From NCBI GenBank assembly GCA_964016885.1, contig OZ024743.1:179676001-179740000 (forward strand): 64,000 nucleotides of DNA, written 5' to 3'. The first letter of the stretch is position 1; each line of letters opens with the position of its first letter. This DNA is from Eledone cirrhosa. Its lineage: Eukaryota. Made by a program: the position numbers and the translations under genes. Positions 1 to 12,696 of the stretch are shown here, piece by piece. Under the pieces are notes generated by a model. The model saw nothing but the letters and a program-made list of their open reading frames with translations, had not been told where the DNA came from and ran no database searches.

Positions 1-51
1 TACATATATATATATATATACATGCATATACATATATATATATACACATAC

Positions 52-94
<43 letters not shown>

Positions 95-112
95 CATATA
101 TATATATACATA

Positions 113-410
113 GTGCGAAGATGTGTGGCTTATTGGTTAGTACGTTGAATGTATAATCGTGAGGTTATGAGTTCGATTCCCGAAGCGGGTGAAGTGGTGT
201 GTCCTTGAACAAGACACATCTTTCACTTTGCTCCAGTTTACTCAACTGTAGAAATGAGTTGCGACGCCAAGCTGTATCAACCTTTGCCTCCCACTTGGAC
301 AACATCGGTGGCGTGGAGAGAGAAGAATGTTATACCTGAGTGACTGCTGGTCTTCCACAAAAGCACCTCGCTCGGGTTTGTGTCTCAGAGTGATTTGGGA
401 ATATTTACAC
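113..410 (+). mobile_element. tRNA-derived SINE (type with TGTGTCCTTGARCAAGACAC core)
   Basis: A-box-like TGGCTTATTGG, B-box GAGTTCGATTCC (168-180), then core TGTGTCCTTGAACAAGACAC...TTGCTCCAGT. Related fragments lie on the minus strand at ~3620-3720 and ~16300-16480. Confidence 0.75.
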
Positions 411-430
411 TTCACTACACACACATACAC

Positions 431-484
<54 letters not shown>

Positions 485-523
485 ATATTAAATAAATGGA
501 AACTATATTTATAAAACCATATT

Positions 524-585
524 TATTCTATTATATATATTTCAAGGGTACCAAAAACTTTGGTACGCTTTCATCAGATAAAATA
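524..585 (-). ncRNA. Type I minimal hammerhead ribozyme motif (minus-strand copy)
   Basis: Reverse complement of 730-791. Confidence 0.8.
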
Positions 586-729
586 CAAGAGTGTTTTATA
601 AATTTTGACAAGACAAGGAAAACATACCTTATCAGTTGAATATTCCTTACCAAACATACCTTATCAAGGAATATTCAACTGATAAGGTATGTTTTCCTTG
701 GGTATGTCAAAATTTATAAAACACTCTTG

Positions 730-791
730 TATTTTATCTGATGAAAGCGTACCAAAGTTTTTGGTACCCTTGAAATATATATAATAGAATA
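730..791 (+). ncRNA. Type I minimal hammerhead ribozyme motif
   Basis: Stem I TATTTTAT(730-737)/ATAGAATA(784-791), core CTGATGA 738-744, stem II AAGCGTACCA/TGGTACCCTT, GAAA 772-775, 2-bp stem III with palindromic loop ATAT, cleavage triplet AUA (781-783). Confidence 0.85.
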
Positions 792-1145
792 AATATGGTT
801 TTATAAATATAGTTTCCATTTATTTAATATCATTGAATATTTACTCCACAAATCTGTCGAGTGCTCTGAATCAGTTATAAACATTTATATTTGTTGAAAT
901 TCCAACAAATTAAATGTCCCTTCCACTTATATATATATATATATATATATATACATCTTTTGATAAATAAAAGGCTCCCGATCGCTACAGATGTCCTGTA
1001 ATTCAGCGCCGAAACATCTAGATCGTTGATTTTTTTACAGCTGCCGAAGGATTATTACTCCTTTCTTCTTTTCTCCTCTTGTTCCGTCCTAACCACCATC
1101 CTAACCTTGTTTTTAGTAACCACACAGCTCCTTTCGTTTTGTATC

Positions 1146-1196
<51 letters not shown>

Positions 1197-1472
1197 GTGT
1201 GTGTGTGTCTGTGTAAATGTATATGTATATATATAGACATTCATATATATATATATGTGTGTGTGTGTACATGTGTATCTCAATGTATTAATCTATCACT
1301 GTTTTTAGCTAATTCATTATATCCTTACCTTTATCTCTTATAATCTCCAACTTTCACCAAAACTTCATCTGCCAGGCTATTCATGTTTCTAGTTATACTC
1401 TCATTACTATTCTATTCCTCGTTTCTCACAATCTCTCTCTCTCTCTCTCTCGCGCTCTCTCTCTCTCTCTCT

Positions 1473-1509
<37 letters not shown>

Positions 1510-1590
1510 TATGTTGTTTTTTACATTTCTTTGTCATTCATACACTCTTACCTGAGTTCGAATCTACATTCATATCACATATATATATAT

Positions 1591-1659
<69 letters not shown>

Positions 1660-1960
1660 TTCTTTGTCATTCATACACTCTTACCTGCCTGAGTTCAAAT
1701 CTACATTCATATCCCATACAAATACACGTGATTTATCAATGTTTTTGTATCCATATTTCGATGTTCTTTTTCTTTCCCTCCACTTCCCTCTTCCATGTAA
1801 TTAATCTGTTTACTTACTAGGAACACGATTAACTATTCTAATACCACCGTCCATTAGCAGCATACAAATTACCACTTACCTTCCATTTTTTGTTTATTTG
1901 TAGGCTTTAGACATCTTCAACTGGTTATGATGCGTTAGGAATCTCTCCACTACATTTGAT

Positions 1961-2028
1961 TCTCTCTCGCTCTCCCCCTCTCTAATTCCTCTTGTCGTCA
2001 CCTAGCTCTCTAATTCCTCTTGTCCCCT

Positions 2029-2067
<39 letters not shown>

Positions 2068-2122
2068 ATTCCTCTTGTCGTCACCTAGCTCTCTCTCTCT
2101 CTAATTCCTCCTGTCGTCCCCT

Positions 2123-2167
<45 letters not shown>

Positions 2168-2245
2168 ACTCCTCTTGCCGTCACCTAGCTCTAACACTCC
2201 CGCCTCTATCTCTCTCTCTCTCTCTCTTGTCACGACCTAGCTATC
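1961..2245. repeat. Compound minisatellite: TAATTCCTCTTGTCGTCACCTAG unit interleaved with (CT)n
   Basis: About six copies of the unit separated by variable-length CT tracts. Confidence 0.8.
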
Positions 2246-3619
2246 ATTATATGCCGTTCTTTGTCATAGCATTATATCTACAAAGACATTAGTATATATT
2301 TGCCAAGAGATTCATTAGTTTCATGGACAGTTGGACGACTATTTACTCACATCATTCACGCTGTCTGCAACCTTGAAAAAAAAAAAAGAACCAAATTACA
2401 TTGTATATTGGTGTCTTAGCTAAAATATCTCAGAAAAAATGATAGCATTCTAAAAGCCTGAACTCGCGTTAAAATATCAAACTGCTTGGCAGATTTGTCA
2501 CCTGAAGACAACTCGAGATACACCTGTCGGAATGCAATCATTTTTCAAAACAAAACAAAAAGAAGGACGTCACTCCATTTGTCTCGTTGCAGGAAATTCC
2601 GATTCAAAATATTCCAAAGATTCCGATTACGAAGCTTTTATTAATTGGAATGGACCTCCATCGCTTTGAAGGATGAGCATTCCAATTGCTTGTTTGATCA
2701 ATGGAAAGACCTTTAAAGTAATTCTCTGTGAGATTTAACATGACACAAGGTGTGACAAGGTTGATCAAGTAAATTACAAATACAGTCCATATAACGAGTT
2801 TCCACATACTCTTCCTCTGCCCAGCTTTCTTCAGAAGGCAAGGGCTGACATGGGATATGGTAAATGACACTTGCTCAAGATGCCTCACTGTGAAATTGAA
2901 CCTACCATCTAACGATTTGGAAGTAATCTTCTGAACTGTACAGGCATGCTCCGTCAGCACATTAATAATATAGAGGCAACCTAACGAATTATGTAACTTT
3001 ACTCAGACGTGTATTTTATATTTAGTAAACTACTTCAAAATATGAAATAACTTCTAGTCTCTCTCACATATATATTAATTATATTCACTCCAATTCAATT
3101 CTTGTAGTGGTTTTAACAACACAAGAGATTTGGTAAAAAAAAAAAATGTATGCAGAAGATTATGGCTCAAATGTTTTCCTGTCGGAATTTGTCGCATAAT
3201 ATAGTGAAATTATATAAAGTCCAGGAATATATGGCAAATCGATTGATTTCTTTCCAATTCACTTCTTGCGTTCTTTATTCTTTTACTCGAGTGGCATAAC
3301 TGCCATTTACAATAATATAAAAGCAAAGCATAAATTTATGCTTTCGACTACTACTCCAATTTGCACCGATGACACTATATATATATATATATTGGATTTT
3401 CACCCCGAAACTGGATATCAATCCGGAGTATACCTGAACTTCCACCAGGAAATCATTCGTACCACTGAAATTTTCTTTGCTTCTTACATTTATATATATA
3501 TCGAGAGTCGAACGACAAGATCACAGATCTCATCCAATCGGACCGAGGAAACTATATTTCCATTGGACTTTCCAATTGCTAATACTATTTCTCCGTCGCA
3601 AATCATGGCAGAAAGAACA

Positions 3620-3720
3620 CCGCGAAATAAAGTGTCTTGCTCAAGGACATAACGCATCGCCCGGTCCGGGAATTGAACTCATAACCTCACGATTGCGAAT
3701 CCAATTCTAACCTCACAACC
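3620..3720 (-). mobile_element. tRNA-SINE fragment
   Basis: AAGTGTCTTGCTCAAGGACA core and GGGAATTGAACTC (reverse B-box), homologous to 113-410. Confidence 0.65.
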
Positions 3721-3750
3721 TCACTTTAACACCCACCCACACATTACACC

Positions 3751-4352
<602 letters not shown>

Positions 4353-4440
4353 AGGGGGGTGTATGTGTGTGTTCAAAAATCCAACGCAGTTAAGAAATTC
4401 GAATAAAAACAAGAAATAAAGACAACAAAAAAACGGCAAA

Positions 4441-5792
4441 TCCCTTCTCCCCAGCTAACCCCTTCTCTCCAGTCAACCCCTTCTCCCCAGCCAACCCCTT
4501 CTCTCCAGTCAATCACTTTCCCCCAGCAACCCCTTCTCCCCAGCCAACCCCTTCTCCCCAGCCAACCCCTTCTTCCCAGCCAACCCCTTCTCCCCAGCCA
4601 ACCCCTTCTCCCCAGCCAACCCCTTCTCCCCAGCCAACCCCTTCTCCCCAGCCAACCCCTTCTCCCCAGCCAACCCCTTCTCCCCAGCCAACCCCTTCTC
4701 CCCAGCCAACCCCTTCTCCCCAGCCAACCCCTTCTCCCCTGCCAACCCCTTCACCCCAGCCAACCACTTCTCCCCAGTCAACCACTTCTCACCAACCAAT
4801 CCCTTCCTCCCCTGCCAACCCCTTCTCCCCAGCCAACCCCTTCTCCCCAGTCAACCCCTTCTCCTCAGCCAAACCCTTCTCCCCAGTCAACCACTTCTCC
4901 CCAGTCAACCCCTTCACCCCAGCCAACCCCTTCTCCCCAGTCAACCACTTCTCACCAACCAATCCCTTCCTCCCCTGCCAACCCCTTCTCCCCAGCCAAC
5001 CCCTTCTCCCCAGTCAACCCCTTCACCCCAGCCAACCACTTCTCCCCTGCCAACCCCTTCTCCCCAGCCAACCCCTTCTCCCCTGCCAACCCCTTCACCC
5101 CAGCCAACCACTTCTCCCCAGTCAACCCCTTCTCACCAACCAATCCCTTCCTCCCCTGCCAACCCCTTCTCCCCAGCCAACCCCTTCTCCCCAGCCAACC
5201 CCTTCTCCCCAGTCAACCCCTTCTCCCCAGTCAACCCCTTCTCTACAGTCAACCACTTCTCACCAACCAATCCCTTCACCCCAGCCAACCCCTTCTCCCC
5301 AGTCAACCACTTCTCACCAACCAATCCCTTCCTCCCCTGCCAACCCCTTCTCCCCAGCCAACCCCTTCTCCCCAGTCAACCCCTTCTCCCCAGCCAACTC
5401 CTTCTCCCCAACCAACTCCTTCTCCCCAACCAACTCCTTCTCCCCAGCCAACCCCTTCTCTACAGTCAACCACTTCTCCCCAGCCAACCCCTTCTCTACA
5501 GTCAACCCCTTCACCCCAGCCAACCCCTTCTCCCCAGCCAACCCCTTCTCCCCAAACAACCACTTCTCCCCAGCCAACCCCTTCTCCCCAGCCAACTCCT
5601 TCTCCCCAACCAACTCCTTCTCCCCAGCCAACCCCTTCTCTACAGTCAACCACTTCTCCCCAGCCAACCCATTCTCCCCAGCCAACCCCTTCTCCCCAAA
5701 CAACCACTTCTCCCCAGTCAACCACTTCTCCCCAGCCAACCCATTCTCCCCAGCCAACCCCTTCTCCCCAAACAACCACTTCTCCCCAGTCA
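4441..5792. repeat. 18-bp minisatellite (CCCCTTCTCCCCAGCCAA)n, ~75 units
   Basis: Direct reading. A variant 19-nt unit recurs at 4791, 4954, 5135 and 5316. Confidence 0.95.
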
Positions 5793-6685
5793 AAATCTGG
5801 AATTCATGAACCCAGGATCCTTCCTTCGTTCCTATGTTGGTGTTGAGTCGCAGGAAATATATAGTCCTTCTAATGAAAACGGTTTTATTTCTCTTAAACG
5901 AGTAAATGTTGACTGTGCATATCAAATATTTATTGATACCACTTCCAACTTTTTATTGAACTAATCAGTTAGTAATAGTTCAGTAAGGCAATTTGATCTC
6001 AGAATTAAATTTCATTATTTATTTTTGTTGTTGTTTTGCAAATTAGTTTTTATTTTATCAGTCTACTATACTGCTGCTAATGATGATGACGTTGATGCTG
6101 CTGCTGGTGATGCTGCTGCTGAGGATGGTGATGTTACTGTTGATGTTGTTGATGTTGATGTTTATTTTGTTATTGTTGTTGCACTCAATGTTGCAGTTTT
6201 TGTTGCTCTATCGACTATTCACCTATTTCCTATCTGTTCAATAATTTAAAATCAAAATTGATTTCTCAATTACGCATGAAAAATAAGTGTTATAAACAAG
6301 CGGAGAAAACTGTCTATTGTAGTGTTGTTTCTTCAAACTAATAAGTGATATCATTTGTACCAGTAATTAAACCCGGGTATCAGCATTAGAGCTCGATAAA
6401 AGAAATACCAGTCTTGTACTGGTGTCTATTCTGCCTCTTCACATTTCTGCCTATTTCACTTTCACATTCCCTCCATCTCAATCTCTCCTTCTTTTGAAGA
6501 ATTTGGCTCTGGCAGGTCCAGGGGAGGGAAAGCACTCCCCTATATTTAAAAATGCTCAAGATTTGTGAATTGTGAGGGCGGCACCACTACAACCCCTTCA
6601 GGTGTTATGGGTCCACACATACAAAACGTTGGCCTCAATGTTATGTAGGTGTCTATAGACACGTACGAGATTATTATATTATGTA

Positions 6686-7056
6686 CTAGCAGTGGTACCC
6701 GGTGTTTCACGGGAAAGGTATTTTGGAACGCGGGCCGCCAACTTAACGCGTCAAAAAATCCCTAAAAAGCTGAAAAAATGAAGTTGTTCACCTAATACGG
6801 GTCCTAGGCCATAAAAAAGTTGGATCTTCTTTGCTCACGGTATGAAGAAGAGACTGACTAATACATAGTTACAGTTTCAAGAAAATCGGTCTGACGTAAC
6901 GCCTCAAAAAATCCCTAAAAAGCTTTAAAAAAACGCAGTTTTTCACCTAATGCGGGCCCTAGGGTATCACACTCCCTGAAACATAAGTAATACACATGTA
7001 AAGTTTGAAAGAAATCGGTTCGGTACTTCTCGAGTTTTAGGGATTCAAACTCACAG

Positions 7057-7111
<55 letters not shown>

Positions 7112-7133
7112 TCCTCAGTTTTATATATAGAGA
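6686..7133 (-). mobile_element. Non-autonomous Helitron-type element
   Basis: On the minus strand it starts A|TC(TCTATATATAAAA), has an internal (TG)n, and ends with hairpin CCCG-TGAAACAC-CGGG followed by ...CTAG|T. It is inserted between A and T with no TSD. Confidence 0.8.
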
Positions 7134-7315
7134 TTGGTAATATCGGTAGAGTATCGGACGCCATGCTTTGCAGCATAGAGTTACGGCCCTTTATGATCTG
7201 AAATCAAATCCCGCCGCGGTTAACTTCGCCTTTCATCCTCACGGGGTCGTTAAAATAAAGTACCAGTAATGCACTGGGATATCCGCTGGCCTTGTGCAAA
7301 AAGTAGAAACAATTA
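7134..7315 (+). mobile_element. tRNA-derived SINE (type with GCCTTTCATCC..GGGGTCGATAAAATAAAGTACCAG core)
   Basis: Matches copies at 17790, 18058, 25285, 25920, 26685, 28883 and 31924. Ends GTAGAAACAATTAT. Confidence 0.8.
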
Positions 7316-7529
7316 TGTATATATATCATGGAAGTGTGGAATGTCACTGACCTTATGCTTGAGTCGTGAATATATCTTCTTGTCATATGACATATGCACA
7401 ATAGTTAGCGAGGCAGGTCGAAACCAGCGAGTCAGACCAAGTTGTCATTTGCAGCATTATGGCGTGCCCCCCACCGCCTGGAAAACGTCTGAGGGGGCAA
7501 TCATGAACAATATGCAGTACTGACTGATC

Positions 7530-7834
7530 AGGGTCTCCACAGTCACGTGCTGGTCTGTCATTTATTTTTCCTCAATGGAGATGGTGAGTTGTTCTGTCAT
7601 GTGTTGTGCGGATCCGATTAAACCATGAATATATAAACGAGCAATGGGCAATATTTTTCGAACATTGGGCTGCATAGTATGTGGCTCATCATATGATGGG
7701 CCGCTTTGCATGTGGCTCATAATGAGGCTGGCCACACAACTAAAAAATTCAAGACAATTTTGAAATTAGGCATGACACACAGAAAGCCAAACGGGCCGCA
7801 TGAGGCTCGCGAGACGCAATTTGCCTATGACTGA
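7530..7834. mobile_element. Possible degenerate hAT-type MITE
   Basis: CAG...CTG ends and several GCGGC/GGCCGC-like subterminal motifs. The TIR match is weak. Confidence 0.3.
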
Positions 7835-8197
7835 TATAAACTGTATAGAGAAAACTTTATTCTTTATTTGGACTAAAATGCTATAACGCTTCGGGGAATG
7901 AAATGAAATTGTGGGGCTTTCATGCTATACTCTTTCAAATATAAGGAATTTCAAATAGCGATAGATATTAAAGCGAAGTATGTTTGGGAATTTAAATCAT
8001 GAAGAATTTATTTAGTGCTATAACTTGTATGCATAAACAAAACATTTAGGAAAAATAAGCGGGAATTTGGTTGCTTAACTTAACACCTTTATAAATTGAC
8101 AATGTAAGCAAAATAAATTTCAATTTGTGTGTGCATTATTAAATGGGTAAGTAGGACGCATAAATAAATGAATACACACACACATATATATATATAT

Positions 8198-8960
8198 CAT
8201 CATCATCATCATCATCTTCGTTTAACGTCCATTTTCCACGCTAGCATGGGTTAGACGGGAGTTGTCCCACTTGAGGCAAGGCTGGTTGGGTGACCGTGTC
8301 TCGCTCATATAGGACTACCTGGCAGGTTTTCTACGGCTGGATGCCCTTCCTAACACCAACCACATTTACAGTGTGGAACTGGGAACTTTTTACCGTGTAA
8401 CCTACAAAGCCACATTACAGCGTGGACTGTTTGTTGTTTTTGCGGTGACACCTACACGATCTCGATCTCATTATCTCGTGCTGTTGGTGGGAGTGGGAGG
8501 ATAGGGTAGGGGTAGGGGTATGGGGTGTATACTTGGTTAAGAGGTGCCTACTGACTGTAGATTTCGCTTTGTACATAGGCAAGGCGGGTCTTCTGTATTA
8601 CTGCGTAGCGCCAAAGATCTCGGTCCAGAGACATTGTCTTAGAGAGATGTGAGTGTGTAAGGTTGAAATTTATCAGATCATCCCAGGTTTTTCTGGGTCT
8701 ACCTACTCCGTAACTACCATCAATTTTAATCGCCCTGCACCTTTTTATGCAGCTGTCGTTTTTCATGCGCATCACGTGACCATACCAACGTAGTCTTCTC
8801 TCAAGTAAACAGCATTTGATCCCTCTTATTCCTAATTTCTCACTTAGTTCATTTATGCTTTGCAGTTCACGTATTATTACACATCCAACGGAGCATGCAT
8901 GCTTCGTTCCTTTCCAGTCTACGCAGGTCCTCTGCACGTCTCACTCCCATGTAGCATTGC
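8198..8960 (-). mobile_element. 5'-truncated RTE-clade LINE (C-terminal ORF fragment + 3' UTR + (GAT)n tail)
   Basis: ORF 8548-8937 contains RRLRWYGHVMRM...GVGRPRKTWDD, typical of the RTE C-terminus. The tail is (CAT)n at 8198-8216 on the + strand. Confidence 0.85.
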
Positions 8961-9244
8961 TATATATATATAATATAATAATAATAATAATAATAATAAT
9001 GTTTTCTTTATTAACCACAAGAGTTCACATAAAGTAGACATTAGGGACAGTACAGGACAATACATGACGGTACAAATGGGCATTTCTGCGTGTAAAAAAA
9101 CAGAGGTTGAAATAAAATAACAAAGAAAAAATTCCCCAATAGGGGGGAGACTTCCAAGGGACATTTGTGGAGAAAGCCCATTAAAAGACCACAGTGGCCC
9201 TGACCACCAGGGCAAGTGCCCTCTCCCAGTTTTCCACCTTTAAT

Positions 9245-12200
9245 TTACAGACACATACTCAGAGAAGGCCCATTCATTCGGGCCATACTTGCTTCTCTCA
9301 CCCATCTTTCAACAAAATGCTGGGAAGAGAGCACTTCCCTCTCTACCCTGATTTTCCTTTTCAAATGAAATTTGAAAAGGTTAATCAGGGCATCACCGAA
9401 GAGGTAAGTGCTCGTCTTCAGCCCTTTCAAACGTGTCCACCATACTATCTCTTTCGCCATGGCCACCAGACAGATAAAAACTGCCTGCCCTTCCAGGCTA
9501 AAGGAAGGGGGCGGGGCAATCCTCACGATGGACTCAGCTGATAGCTGGATCCGTCCTACACGTGACAGCAGGTGTTCGACATAAACCCACAAGTCAGCAA
9601 TGCTCGGACACTGGACGAGTGCGTGCAGGACGGTTTCGTCGCCCTGCGCGCATCTCGGACATGCCCGGCTGACGGCACCTCCATGCCTGTAGAGTTTATC
9701 CCGAACTGGCAAAGCTCCTCGGTAGCACTGCCAGGCCAGGGATTTCTGGAAGTTGTCCATAGGCCCCGGCCCGAAAGTCCTTCCGAAGAGATTGGCTAGT
9801 TGATTTTCGTCGACGCCTAGAGTTTCTCCAAGTACGTCGTCGCTCTTCCCCTCCACTAATCCCCTATAGAACGCCAAGGTGGAGTTTCCACCGATCACAT
9901 TGCCCGATTGGTCGAGGGCTATGAGCGCCTGAAGACATTCCAGTCTCCAAGCGCTCCCTCTCGGTCTTCGCTTGACCCAGGACTGCAACTCCGTCAAGGA
10001 GACGAGCTGGGGAAAAACGTGTCTTGCAAACGGCGACCACACCTGATCACCGTCGAGGAAGAGGTGGAGATGTCGTAGCCTGAGCGCGTGTCTGCGCATC
10101 ATCAGCCACGGCATGCCCAGCCCTCCACGTAGCGGGTGTTGACAGCAGATGGACCGCCTGACCATCGGAGCGCGTCCCTTCCACAAGAAGCGAAAGAGCA
10201 AACGCTCCAGCGCAGTCAGGCGGGGCTTAGGACAAGGTACGACGGTCAGGCGGTAGTAGATGACGGATGCGATGTACGCATTCGCCACCTCCGCTCGACC
10301 TTTCAGGGATAGCTTCCTCTCGGCCCATTTCTGGGTGAGAGAAGCCACCCTGCTCGTCACCTCGTCCCAGTTTCTGTCCGTCTGGAGGTCTGGACCGAAC
10401 CAGACCCCTAGCAATTTAACCGGTCCGTCCGTCCAGCGCCCGACGACGCTGTTGGACGGCATGGACCTGCCTCTCCAGGTGCCGAGCTGCAGGCCCACTG
10501 ACTTTTCCTGGTTGATCATTGCTCCTGTCACCGCTTCGTATTCTCTTAGTGTAGTGCCGATCGCCTCGATGTGTTTGGCGTTCGACACCACTACGGTGAC
10601 ATCGTCGGCATATGCTGACACGGATCTTCCGCATCCTAGTTCGCGCGGGACCCCCCTCAACGTCTCCAGTTTGTGCAGTAATGGCTCGAGAGTCAATACG
10701 TACAATAGGGACGAGAGAGGACATCCTTGGCGGACCGAGCGCATGATGTTGAACGGTTCCGAAAGGTGACCGTTCACTCTCACTACAGAGCAGATATCGC
10801 TGTGCATGGCAGCGATCCAGCCTCTGAAGACGGGCCCAAAGCCAGCCGCCCTCAGGACTGCCGTTAGTTAACGATGGTCGACCCTATCGAAGGCTTTCGA
10901 CTGATCTAAATTGATCAAAGACCCACCCGTGCCAGGTTCCCTAGCTACCCTCTCTACGATGTATCGCATGAGGTGGAGGTTGTCGTGGATGGATCTGTCG
11001 GGAATGGCGCATGTCTGTGCCTCTCCCACCAGACCACCAACGACAAGCGCCATCCTCTTTGCTAGCACCTTGGCCAAAATCTTGAACTCTGTGTTTAGCA
11101 GAGTTATGGGCCTAAAATTATCTATGTTATCCCCCTTGTTCGGATCCTTTCTCAGCTGCGCCACCGCTCCTCGGCTCAGAGCTGGGAATTCTCCCGTTCT
11201 GTTGCCAGTTGCAGTAGACGTCCGCCAAGAGGCCTCCGAACAAGTTTGGCATTTGTACGTAAAGTTCATAGGGCAGACCATCCAAACCAGGCTATTTACC
11301 CCTTGTGCAACTAGTCATTGCATCCCGTACTTCAGCGGTTGTTATCAGCTTTTCGCAACACTCCGCCTCAGTGGCCGAAAGCCGCGGCAGTCCGTCGAGG
11401 TAGACACTAAAGTCCATCCCTCGATCCGGCCCGCCACTGCCCCCGAACAGTTGAGCGAAGTGTCGCTGAAAAGCTTCACACATTTGCCCGGGATCGAGTA
11501 GCATGCGCCCGTCGTGGTCCACCAAAGACCGGATCGTGGCTTTGTTGCCACGACACGCCTCCGCCACTCGGGCCCATTGAACGGCTTTCGTCCCCTCGTG
11601 TCTGAGAGCACGCACCCTAGCTCTGACAACGCAGCCTTCGTGCTTTGCATTGAAGAATTGGTCAAGGGCCAATTTCGCCGCAAGTACGTCGGTCGCGATG
11701 CCTTTGCTAAGCGCCTCATCTAATTTTCTAACTAATTCTTCCTCTGCTCTATTTTTCTCTATTGCTAAAGTCTTACTAAACCTAATGGACTCTATTCTAA
11801 TTGCTCTTTTCAGAGCAAACCACCACTTGTTGTTGACGATGGCCCCCGTCAACGCCCGCTTAACTAGTTCGCTAATCCGGTCTCTGTAGGCCTTGCGTGC
11901 TGGTAAGGACGCGTTTAGCTTCCAGTAGCCGGGTCCTTGTCTATGAAGCCTATCTAAGTCAAGCACACAGATCACGAATTTGTGGTCCGTGTAGCTGACT
12001 ATCTTGAATTGTGGACAGCCTATGCTAGACCTATCTATTTCCCTACAAAATACTCTATCTAGATATGATCTGGATGACCCTAGGCGATTTGTCCAAGTCC
12101 ACATTGGTACATTCGGGAAATCCATTCGGTACCTGTCAGACAGTTCAAAACGTCTGAGCAGGTTGTTGAGACTCTTGCACCCTCCTTCCCTATCCACTAA

Positions 12201-12662
12201 TCCCACACAATCCCAGCGTGCATCTAAGATCCCGTTCCAGTCGCCCACTAACACTAAAGAGCGGGACGTTCCAAGAAAGGTCTCCAGACGCCGGAAGAAA
12301 TCAGGCCGCCCTGCTCCTGTCGGGGCATAGACGGCCACTAACCTGAAAGCTTGCCCGTCTCCGCTGGTCACGTCCAGCACCACCAACTTACCTTCTGGGT
12401 CCAGGAAGATGGCCCGTATGGCAAGATCCAAACCTCTCCGAAAAAGCACAGCAACTCCTCCCCCCGATCCCGGACGGCTGGGAGATGCGTACACATCGTA
12501 GCCGCCGAAGATCGGTGCGAAAGCCTGTGCTTCGGAGATTCTGGTCTCGCTGATGGCCACTACATCTATGTTTAGTGACCTGAGGTCGTTGAGCAGGTGG
12601 CCCTGCTTCCATGACGACCCCAAGCCACGCGCATTTATGCTGCCTATTCTGAGTGAGGTCAT
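9245..12662 (-). pseudogene. LINE ORF2 (APE endonuclease, reverse transcriptase, C-terminal zinc finger), ~1,140 codons, disrupted
   Basis: Motifs SINARGL..ISET, LVGDWN, SYLDR, TDH (APE), K*PGLDG, NFRPITLLN, DQSKAFDRV, VRQGCPLS, AYADD (RT) and CPRC..ETVLHALVQC. Disruptions are nonsense codons at 11292-11294 and 10868-10870 and one frameshift near 11180. Confidence 0.92.
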
Positions 12663-12696
12663 GTTGAAAAGGAGTGGAAAAGATGGGAAAGACCAC

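Larger units (their letters stand above)
480..928. mobile_element. Short non-autonomous Penelope-like element (inverted pair of pLTR 3' ends) in (TA)n
   Basis: 480-648 is the reverse complement of 666-835. The right arm continues ~93 nt further. Each arm carries an HHR, and the element is flanked by (TA)n. It is the same family as 32789-34264, which retains PLE coding sequence. Confidence 0.8.

Noticed and set aside
113-200. tRNA gene (also at other SINE heads)
   Set aside because: A/B boxes are present but there is no full cloverleaf, and the sequence continues into a SINE core.
975-1025. Possible HHR (GAAACATCTAGATC)
   Set aside because: No acceptable CUGANGA box or helix II adjacent to the GAAA.
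2604-2960. 118-aa ORF
   Set aside because: Non-ATG start and no recognisable motif or splice support.
4509-5925. Collagen-like (GEKGLA)n ORFs on the minus strand
   Set aside because: This is the translation of an 18-bp minisatellite. Variants replace Gly with Trp or Glu, 19-nt units shift the frame, and there is no signal peptide or splice context.
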